NCBI GenBank assembly: GCA_009602725.1
Contig: WELB01000009.1
Coordinates: 156,374 to 220,373 of the forward strand
Reading direction: 5' to 3'
Source of the DNA: Spirogloea muscicola
Lineage: Eukaryota
DNA: 64,000 bases
Part shown: in pieces, positions 50,545-60,450 of the stretch
Layout: each line of letters begins with the position of its first letter
Numbering within the stretch: the stretch's first letter is position 1
The notes under the pieces: generated by a model
Database searches by the model: none
Told to the model about the DNA's origin: nothing
Seen by the model: only the letters and a program-made list of their open reading frames with translations
Position numbers and translations under genes: made by a program

Positions 50545-51400
50545 TGCTAGGAAGAAGCCGTCGAGTTCTGTAGCCGAGACCTGTCTAAGCAAGCTGCCAT
50601 AAATATCACCTAACGGCTTTGTCATCAATGTAGCGACAAAGCCTCTTGGCTTCTCTCTATTGGCCCTGCTCTTGGTGACAACCTTTTCATCAATGGTTGT
50701 CCAAGCTCTGGTGAAAGCGTCTGTAGGGCTAAAGCTCCCCATTGGAAATGTAGAGATGATGTCAAATCGTTTGGCATCACCGCCTGCCTCTAAGGTCCAC
50801 CGTCCAGTTCCTACAGGGGTGTCTAGGTCTATGGGCCCCAGTGGGGAACCAAAGCGTCGGAAGTGAGCTAACATTGTACTATAGTCAAGGACGCTAGCTT
50901 TTGCTGAAGTGCCTCCACTGTTGAGGATCTGATCTGTCACCGTTGGTATAAACCGCTCATCAACAACCCTGCCTACTGGTCTGAAGATGCCTAAGGTGCT
51001 GATTGCTCTGGCTATCGCTGCTGGGAACATAGTCTGCCGGCTAATTGTGGCACGGTCAGGAAACTTGCCTCTATTTACAGATGTAACGTCTGCAAGCATG
51101 CGCAGTCGAGCATAGATTGCTCTTCCGTACATGTCTGTGCATGCTAAAATGGACTCCCTGGTGAATGCTGTAACCTCACGCAAACTCCAGACACCCTCGC
51201 ACGTCAGCAGATACTGAAGTGCAGAACCAGTTCTTGTTGCCAAGACGTCAATGAGGGCGGCAATACTGATTTCCTTCTGCGTGAAGGTTTTACACACTTG
51301 GTGGTGGTATAGCATGGGGCCGAGCCTTCCACTTGCTGACAAGGTTGCAAGCAGTGCTGGGGGAGCTCCAACTCCAATTGGTTCTGCGGCATGACATCCT
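50545..51400 (-). pseudogene. Endogenous viral element: partitivirus (deltapartitivirus/cryptic virus)-like coat protein
   Basis: Intronless ~280-codon open frame with YGRAIYARLR..RGKFPDRA..MFPAAIARAISTLGIFRP..RFIPT, LDTPVGTGRWT and FPMGSFS, matching by recall the motif order of plant cryptic-virus capsid proteins; 3' end cut by a repeat insertion at 50544. Confidence 0.65.
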
Positions 51401-52096
51401 CCTTCTGTGGTGGGGGAATGACATGGGGTGGTTCTGAGTAATCAGGGTGAAGTGCTGCAAATGGGAGTTCGGTAAAGACAGCAACGTACATTGTGTTCGA
51501 GGGATTCAACTCATGACTGAAGGAAGGGCTGATAGTTGCAGCTATGATCAGCTCATAGATCGTGCCCAAACTGGACACTGTACGTAGTTGCCTTGATAGT
51601 CATGCATACAGTTGAGGTGCGTTGCGTAGGATCTCTTGCATTCAATGTGCAGAGGGCATCTGGTGATTCCATATACTCTGTCAGTACCACCGATTTGCCG
51701 TCCATTGAAAGTGCCATCGGGCGTACCTCTGTAATTTTCTAGGACCCAATGCACCATCCTGAGATGTCTTCAAAGATATAACTCTTCAGTGCCGTATGGC
51801 ACAATTTCAATGATAGTAAGACGATGTCCAATGTATCAACAGAAATGTTGATGACCTGTCCTGAGTCCAAACCCTTACACTGAGCAGAATGCAACCTGTC
51901 TGCAACAAGAAAGTATTTGACTCAGTAAGATCGAGACATTGATCAAATTGACTTGGGTATAGTCCAGATGTAGTCAATCAAAGTCCAGATGTAGGCAAAC
52001 CATGTATAGATGTAGCAAGACAGGTTTCAGAGCTTAACCCCATCAACATCAAGTCACCAATGCCCACAAGAGAAGAGTCCTCTCGGCCCAGTACAA

Positions 52097-52412
52097 GGTG
52101 ATGCAGCAAGATGCACTCTACTAAACGCAATGAAACAAGCGCGACAAACGTCTGCAATATCCTCACTGAGAGTCTCACGCAGCAACGTTGTGATTGAGCC
52201 ACAGAGGGCAAGGCCCAATGGCCTGTAACCAAGGGCGAAGCCCAAGATCCACTCACGAATGGGCAAGCCCAGCTATGTAAGTGGCTCGAATGGGGCAGGG
52301 CCCAGCCCTTTACGTAGCTCGGAACGTGGGCAAGGCCCAGCTGTACCAGTAGCCTGAACGGGGCAAGACCCAAAAACAACAGGCAATTTCCGCAAGATCA
52401 ATCACAAGATGC
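52097..52412. repeat. Diverged direct repeat of ~48292-48541 with internal GGGCAAGGCCCA sub-repeats
   Basis: Shared blocks GGTGATGC.GCAAGAT, CGTCTGCAAT.TCCTC, GAGTCTCACGCA, GAGGGCAAGGCCCAATGGCC.GTAACCAAGGGCG; six sub-repeats at ~25-36 bp spacing. Confidence 0.75.
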
Positions 52413-53315
52413 AAATGACGCAATCTCGCAGACAAGCAAATGACACTGAGACTGTACTCAACAGCCTCTGAGTGAATTGAGGCAATGCTCGACAACTGCA
52501 CCTGTCACACGAGGTCACAATGTTCCGTGGCTTACCTGGTGTGACTGGGCCTGGCGCGACTGCCTGCGGAGCCCCTCGGGATAAAGCTCCCCTACTCCGC
52601 TGCTGCCCTTGATCTGAACCCGCGCCTTCTTGGCGCGACACAACAGGAGCTAAGACGCCCGTCGTCGCTGCGGCGGCGGCGGCGCGGGGGCAGATGGGAA
52701 GACTGGGCTGAGTGGACTGCTCGGCTTCGGGTACTCCACACCCAGTTACTACTCGGTGAGGTGAAAGGTTCACGTTCTTTGATGGGGTTTCTGGCCTTCA
52801 GCCCCCCCACAGAAAAAATAAGTCGTGTATTTGAAAGAAACGAAGGCCAATGGCCAAGTACAAAGGCAAGCACATTCAAAGTTCTACATGACCTACAGCA
52901 GATTGACCCGCTCAGTAAGCACGGGTCAAAACATAAAGGTCGCGAATCGATGCATGAATACTAGATGTCAGATACGAAGCCCTTCTGCCACCAACTAGAG
53001 CTCGCCCAGCTTTCTGGTGCAAGGCATTAGCCTGAGCACGCTGCAAACAGGCCGAAACTCGTCGTTGCAAGAACGACAGACATGCAGCTGGCAAGCCCAT
53101 CTCATAGAAGAGGGCTTCGCTTTATGTAGCCCCATCCTTTGGAAGAGTATTCTTCTCATTTTGTGCATTAGCTTTGCCTGAACAGTGTGTTTAGATTGAT
53201 CACCCTTCGATATCGTATACACCGCGCGCCTTCTCTCTTTACTCATTCAACTTCTGCATTGCCGACGCGGGCGGTAGAATTGACTTTTGCAAAGAAGGAG
53301 CTCGCCCATTGAGGA

Positions 53316-53975
53316 TGTAACGAATGCTGTAGATCGCCAAGCCCGGGCTGCCGGCGGCGCAAGGAGAAGCGGGAGGCATTGGGATGGGGCCGCAACGGTA
53401 AAATTGACAAACGGTTACTGCAGGGGCAAGGGTCCAGGGGTCCGAGGTTGGGTGAAGAACTCACCCCCTCTCCCATCTCGGGTGCCCTCTTTATAGCCCG
53501 ACGGACTGCGAGCCCGGCCATACGGGCCCGGGTGGGATATTCGGCACCCAGTCTCTCGTTGATGACCCGTCCACGACCTGTCGACGGCTAACAACGGCTA
53601 CCACCGACAATCTACCCGTCACTCGCAGCTGACAGTCACTACCCCCAGGCTATCGTCAGCCGTCTATCATCCCCGTCAATACTAACGGCTAACAATGCCG
53701 TCAAGGCAGTCTACAGCGCTGCCACCTCCCGTCGCCGTTCCAGCGCCAGCACCATGCTGTCTCGCGTGTCACGACTCCGGGTTGCGCCGCTCTCAGCTCT
53801 ATATCAAAGCCACGCTGCCCAGCCTGGTGAAATTGTCCGTCTCCAGGCATCTGTCAAGCCTTTCCTGCGGCACTGACAGTCAATTTATTTATCAGCCGGA
53901 TGAGGTATCTAATCTCCAGGCATCTGTCAATACATTACAGCTGCATTGACATTCCAGCCATGTAAATTCGTTACA
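53316..53975. mobile_element. Solo LTR (660 bp)
   Basis: TG...CA ends with a perfect 10-bp inverted repeat TGTAACGAAT/ATTCGTTACA; 5-bp TSD GAGGA (53311-53315, 53976-53980); TATA-like CTATAAAG on minus strand ~53489-53496; removal restores an intact repeat module. Confidence 0.88.
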
Positions 53976-54439
53976 GAGGATAGGGGCTGGAAAAAGCCAG
54001 CCCAAAGGTTCATTCGTTTTTGGGCTGGAAGGGGCCAGGGAACCCTATGCCATTTGGGCGCGGGCAGATGGGAATGTTACTTGACTGGCCAGAGAAAGAG
54101 AAGACGCTTCCAGGAGAGGGCAGTAGAAGTGGCATTGGCAGGGGGCCTGCTACCCAGAGAGAATTCTCTCTGACCTGAGGCTGCTCAACAGGGGTTACTG
54201 ATGAGTGCCTCGTGGCCACTTTAGTTCCCGTGCTTTGGCGCTTTCTCTGGCCCCTTCGAACTGTTGTCAATCTTTTTATTGGGCTGGCCACTCACAGCCA
54301 TCGCGCTCTACTGGACGCGTCCTTCAAAGCTGAGCTGGAGGTACCATGCTCACGACTCCCTTCAGACCAGATCTGAAATGCGAGTCCGCCTCACATTTCC
54401 ACGTCTGCAGCCACCTCACCAATCTTGTCAGATTCAAAC

Positions 54440-54896
54440 GAATGAACCGCCGACGACTATGGCACGGCAAATACCAGCCGCGCTTTAACTGCCATAATAG
54501 TCTCGCAGCCGCGGTGGCAGAGCTGAACGGCCTCCACCGAATACCCGGCGAGAAAGTGGTGTTCTTCGGAGCCATGTTCAAGCGCCTCCACCGGGCAGAC
54601 TCCACCATGCTGGAGGCCCTCAAGCTGTCTTTCCTGTGGCGTCACTCCAACCAGAGCTCGCGCAGAGTGCTCTCATCAGTCAACCAGCGACCTTGGACAA
54701 GGCACTGGAAACCTTGCATGCCTTGGCGACAGTCACGCCCTTGCGGCCCAGACCAGCAGCCTCGGAATTCAACATGTCCACTACCCTGGAACCGGCAATA
54801 ACCACCACCGGTGCAAAAACAACAACATCGAGGGAAGAGATGACCGCAGTGCTGGAGAAATGGAGAAGACAGGCACTTCGATCAACATTTTTTTAG
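54440..54896 (+). mobile_element. Frameshifted retrotransposon Gag remnant
   Basis: RF...SLAAAVAELNGLHRIPGEKVVFFGAMFKRL..MLEALKLSFL / LQPELAQ..QPATLDKALE, resembling the Ty3/Gypsy Gag Q/PGE(S)V..F..RF region. Confidence 0.55.
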
Positions 54897-55927
54897 CAAA
54901 GACCGCGGCATAGCCTGGACTGTAGAGCATAGTAGCACACAACCAATACTGGCACTTCCATAGGCTAAAGCGGAGAATCACCTGGTGGAGGAAGAAAGAT
55001 GCGCATTACGCGTAAGCTGAAGTGGAGGAGGAGCATAGTGACACCCTCCTTGCGGCAAGTAGCTCTCCACAGGAGGGCAGATATCACCCTCCTGTGGAGA
55101 CAAAAGTGGGACTCTATGGTGCCGCCTTACCAGGCAACGGTGACAGCTCCTGGGTTGATATGAGTTCCACCATCTCCATGTTCGGTAACGGTGCCTCCGG
55201 CGTCTGCGATCACCGAGACAGCTTGCAGAAGCCCCTGGGGCCGGCGCGACCGGCCAGGGCACACCTTGCCCCCCTGGGTGCTCCAACTTGCATCGCCCGG
55301 GGATCGAACCCGGGACCAGTACTCCGGTTCTCCGGTGTCCTGTGCAAGAGGTCCAGAGCGATCAAGGTATACCGTAGCGGGTCGTTGGAGGCCGGTGCTA
55401 CCATTAAGTAGCAGGCGCCTAATAAGATTGGTTGACTTCTTATCATCTTCTGCGAAATATTAATATTGACGCGGCCCGTTGCCTGTGCTGGCCACGCACT
55501 GGCAACTTGAGAAAGAATGTGGACCTTGTAAATACTTTCGGGCTGGCCTCTGACAGCCCTTGCCCCCTTTGAAAGTGCATAATTTGCTTCGCTGCAGCCA
55601 GAGAATTGCGCTTTTCAGAGCAGATGAGGGGAGACAAACAGGGAGAGATTGGAAAGATCTCGATTGACGAAATGCAGCTACTGATGTGAAAGAGCGCGGC
55701 TGTGGGCGTCAACCAGGTGCACAAAGAAAGTGTTAAGAAGAAATTAGCGGAGACACCAGCTTGGCAAACACGGCGCTCCCAGTCAGCGCTTCCCTGGCCC
55801 ATTCGGTCATTTCTGGGCTGGCCTCTCCCAGCCACCGCCCACTCCTCGGCTCCTTCAGACCTTGTCCATTCCTTTTGGGCTGGCCTCTCACAGCCAAGAG
55901 TCAATCTGGCCGCGCTTTCGTTCTCCT

Positions 55928-56043
55928 GGCACCTTACTTTAGGTACATTTAGCCTTGTTTAGTCTGCAGTAGCCTTCGCCTGATCAATGTACTGGCTTGA
56001 ATTGGCCTCCCTTTCATTTCATGCGCCCCGCGCGCCTTCTCTC
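55928..56043 (-). repeat. 116-bp repeat, exact reverse complement of 46995-47110
   Basis: Base-by-base comparison. Confidence 0.92.
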
Positions 56044-56772
56044 CTGGAAGCGTCTTTCTCCTAGTACCCGCATGTCAGCAGTCGAAAGTCCGATGTGCTG
56101 ACGTGGGGGTGAGGGGAGAGAGGACATTCCTTTTTTCGGCACTTCTCTTATAGAGCGATCGCCTTGACTCGGAGGAAGCTACTTGCTTTGCTTTATGTGT
56201 TTGGACGTGGAAGCTTCAAGGTGAAGCGGAGACGGAGGAGGGAGGCGATTGGCGAGATTGGGCTTCCCACCCACCCTCCGCACCCCTCCCTCCCTCTCTT
56301 CCTTCTCATCCCTACCTCCCTCCCCTCTACCACCCCACCTCTCTCTCTTGCCTTTGTACTTGGCCACCACTCAGGCCCTCCATCTGTGAGTGGCCAGCCC
56401 AGAAAGGGGCCAAGGATGAAAGAATGGCGCTACAGAAATTCTATTCCCTCTCTCTTCGCCCACTCCCCCCCCCTTTCTCCCTCCCTCCCGCCCGCCCCAC
56501 CCCTCTCTCTTCCTTGCTCTGTCTCTCTCCCTTGCTCTCTCGCATCGCCCCCACGGCGTCACGGCGACGCCTGGGCGTTCCACCCCGCCCAGCCATTAAG
56601 AGCTGCAGGCGATGAGGAAGCCCACAAAGAGCAGTCCCCTCCCCACCTCTGCACACCTTCAGCAGCAGCTGCAGCTGCGAGCCTCCGAGTCTCTGCGCCC
56701 GCAGCTTGCCGCACCCGGGGCTCTCTCGGCTCCACGCAGCCCATTGCGCCGCAGCACCCCCCGTGCACGGCC

Positions 56773-57512
56773 ATGGCCGAGAGCGCCCTGCCTGCGCCGA
56801 CGTCACTGACCCCGTTCCTATTGGTGGAGCGCGGCAAGGCCCAGGAAGCCGTGGAGTGGTACAAGAGCGCGCTCGGCTTCGTGCAGATGGCACTTGATGT
56901 CGATCCCCGGCCCTCTGAGGACGGCAAAACACTGCTGATGCATGCCCACCTGAAGAATGGAGCGGCCGAGATTCGCCTGGGGGACGCTCCGCCAAGCCAT
57001 TATCCACCGTGAGCGGCAGTGACTATCAACCCCTCTCGTCCTTGCAGTCAATAAGGGTCAGATGGGCGGGTTGAGGCATCGAAGTAGTCTGCTGTATTTT
57101 TCTGTGCTTCCTGAGTACTTCGCTAGGACAGGGAGTGTGCCTCGTACTCCTCATATGAGACCTCTAAAGTACCAATGCGGCAAGTGGGTCAAGAATGTTG
57201 TGTAGGAAGGGCTGGATGTATGAGCGCACTGAGCCTGGGGCATAAGCATAAGTTGAATTTGGACCTGCTCACCCACACTGCATTCCTGTTGTCAGTGGCC
57301 AGACTCCAGCGGAGCAGAAGATAACTTGCCACTTCATGCTGTACACCAGCGAGGTGGACAAGCTGGTCGCGAAGGCAGAGAAAGCCGGTGCAAAAGTCAC
57401 TATGGCGCCACATGATGCTTTCTGGGGAGCACGATTTGCTGAATTTGTGGACCCGTTTGGTTTCGGTTGGTCTGCACATCACCAACAATGCAGCGAGTCG
57501 ACTCAGAAGTAG
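56773..57512 (+). CDS. VOC/glyoxalase superfamily, PhnB-like protein, 2 exons
   Basis: LTPFLLVERGKAQEAVEWYKSALG..LMHAHLKNGAAEIRLGD; exon 2 FMLYTSEVDKLVAKAEKAGAKVTMAPHDAFWGARFAEFVDPFGFGW; stop TAG at 57510-57512. Confidence 0.9.
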
Positions 57513-59828
57513 GTACAGCAAAAGCTACGCAGCAATGTAAAAGCTTTTGCATGTAGCAACAAGGCTCTACTCTTCCAGTGCTACACACGTCAGTAGGGGA
57601 TGATAGAGGATCAAATTCTCCTGGCTCTCTTCTTCCTGTACTTAGCACTTACAGCTCAGTGAAGTTCATATACTCACGTGCTCGCCTTGACAGAGGATGT
57701 GACAGGAGTCTGTCATGTACTCTCAAATATACCCGATTCTCGCATTGTCAACCTCATTGCTTGTGATGCTCTCCGCTCACCAATGGCTACTTTGAAGCAC
57801 CACAGCTGCCGCCAGTGACAGCTCGTTGACTTGTCATGCTAACAAGATTTCAGAAGGGGCAATAGTTATATTAGATGAGAAGGAGGGCAATGGGGAGGCA
57901 TAAGCGTGAGCGTGTGAACCGTGAGACTATCCTCGTGGTATCATGAGCACTGGTGACGGACCAACAGAGGAGAAGGCATGGGTGTTAGGAGAGTTGCAGT
58001 GCTTGGACCGACAGCCTTCAAGAAACTGGCGAATGCCCAGAAGTTAGTGACGTCAGGAGCGAACCTGACTTGACAGACAGGAGGTTTATATGATGTCAGC
58101 TGACTGCAATACAACGGCCAGATGAGTTGCCTGTTATGGTCCACATTGCAGGTAGTACAAGCCAAATTAAGTGTGAAAGCAAGAACTGCCAGAAAGGAAT
58201 GGCTTGCACAAGAACAGAACAAGCAAAATGTGTGCGAGGCAGCATGAGTCTGTGGCCGGAGCAATCTAAGAACTTGGTTCATCTAAATTTGACTCCTTGT
58301 GATGACACCTGCTTCGTAAATAAGGTAGAGACCAAAGATAACTGATCAGCGCCTTTCCTCACGTGAACATTCACAGGCTTATTGATTGGCTGAGTGCATG
58401 GTCCAGAGCCGCACCCGGGTCAGAACAAGTCGCTCTCCGCAAGGCGATGGAAGGGTGGGACAGATGCTGACCGTGGCTTCTCATGGTTGGCAAAGATAAC
58501 CTCTTTGTCAGCTCAGAATCCGCTTTAAACAAATCGAGCTGCAAGTACAGAAGCATCGACAACAGCTAGCCAAGCGAAGGAAAGATCTCGACGACCTGAG
58601 ATATCAAGGTGCAGGAAATTGCTACAACAACCTCTAGCTTTGCATCCTGTGGTGACGATGTCTGTCACCACAGGAACCTGGCGACTCATTATGCGCAACT
58701 TCAGCAAGCCCAAGTTGGCCTCTACCCGAGTAACACCTATCCGGGTTGATTCCCAGCCTGCTGCGCACCGGCGCCAGCATGGCACGAGCACGTTGAGCTG
58801 CAGCTGTGTCCGGCGCGGGCATTGTTCTCATGTCTGTCTTCACACCGAAGGATTGGAATGTCAGCCTTCTATGTCTACGTTCGCAGCCATGTCAGCATTC
58901 TTGCCATTCACACAGATGAGCCACTGATGGGACATGCCAGACGCCTTTCGAGAAGAGACGGAGCTCAAGAGCTCAATTGGTGGAGTCCAGCAGCTGCCGC
59001 AGTGAACTGCCGTAGTTCCACTCCAGCAACCACGAGTGGGACAAGGAGGAGGATTGAGGAGGCACCACGTTGACACTAGCAAGCTGGGGTTCTTTGGACC
59101 TTGTCCACTCCCTCTGGGCTGGAGATGTGCAGCCATCACATCCTTCTCCGGCGAGCTTCTTCACCGAGAGCTGCGCAATGCATCCCAACCCCTGATCCCT
59201 GAAGCCTTTTCCAGAGAAGCCATGACTTGCTCGTATTCGTCTTTCACAGTCCTCTCCGGCGCTGTCAGACCTTGTTCAGGCCTTTGGGCTGGGCTTCCCA
59301 CAGCCACTGCCTTACGCTGAAGAGCTATCTTAATTGTTCTCAGCAATCGCTATTTTCCGGGGGAGGAACTTATCCTCTTTCCAGCAGACCGACAAATGGC
59401 CCGCGCCCAGGCCGGGAGCCCGAGAGGCCCCGACTGCCACGTGGGACACAGGGAACGCCCCCGAGTGCCGACGACACGCGGCGTCCGCCCGACAGCGCCC
59501 ACGTGCGGCTGCACGTGCAAGTCGGAAGGCACATGGCGGGCGCAGTGCCGTCGATGCACGTCATCGGGCGGCCGCAAAAGCCGGAGGCCGTGGCACGGTC
59601 CGGCAGCAGTCGGCAGTAGCAGCCAATCACGGGGGGGCGGGTGGTGCACGTGCGCTGGCGGGGCGACTGGCCTGGCCGGGCCCACCAGGCGGGGCCCCCA
59701 GCCCGGCCCCTCTCCCCTCCAGCACATGGATCGCGTTACCAGCTCTCTCTCCTAAAGCGCCCCCGCCTCCCTCCTCCCCCCCCCCGGCGCCTGCAGGCCA
59801 TTCTCTCCGCCCCAGGCCCGCGCCCTCA

Positions 59829-59860
<32 letters not shown>

Positions 59861-60450
59861 GGCAGCGCCGTCCCGGGCCATCACGGCGGGTGCGCGAGCC
59901 GCCGCTCCCTGGCCTTTTGCGCCGCCTGCGCCGTGGCTTCCGGCTTCAGGCCGGGCGATCCGGTGCAGTGCACCACTGAGCCGAGCTGTGAGGCAGACGC
60001 GACTGCGGCGCCTGGCCACCGCCGCCAGAGCCGGCGATGACTCCCCGCCGCATGACCACGAGAGTCTGCTGTCGTGATTCCGCCGCGGCTGTGAAGTCCA
60101 ACTGATGCCGCGGCTGCGTCCACCGCGTCTACTCTGCTTCTGTGCACTGCTGCAAGTGTAGTAATGCTGGTGTCGCTTGAGCCGCCAATGTCAACAGTGC
60201 CTGGTTTTGTGGCCAGCGCTGCAGTGCACTCGCGGAACAAGCGAACGAAGGCGCAGGGAGCAAGAGCGCATGCCGAAGCGAGAAGCTCAGGAGACGGCTC
60301 TTCAGGCGTGAGGTGATTACATGCGGAAGTCATTCGAATGCCCCTGCTGCAGCTGCCTGGTGGATGAGACCGTCCGCCTACATAGCACTGATAGCAAATG
60401 ACTGGCTGGCGCGTGCTGAGCAGGCTGCACACGGTGGAGGTGCCACCACA

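Noticed and set aside
46995..56043. Single intact 9-kb TIR transposon
   Set aside because: No TSD, no transposase, and it interleaves with the other inverted pair.
44295..56405. CRISPR array
   Set aside because: Repeats are palindromic but vary in sequence, orientation and spacing; no fixed spacer length and no cas genes.
56164..56772. N-terminal extension of the VOC ORF (282-aa call)
   Set aside because: Non-ATG start in a CT-rich promoter/5' UTR; homology starts at ATG 56773.
57900..59260. Short overlapping ORFs between the VOC and USP genes
   Set aside because: No coherent splice pattern or recognisable domain; may be a decayed fragment.
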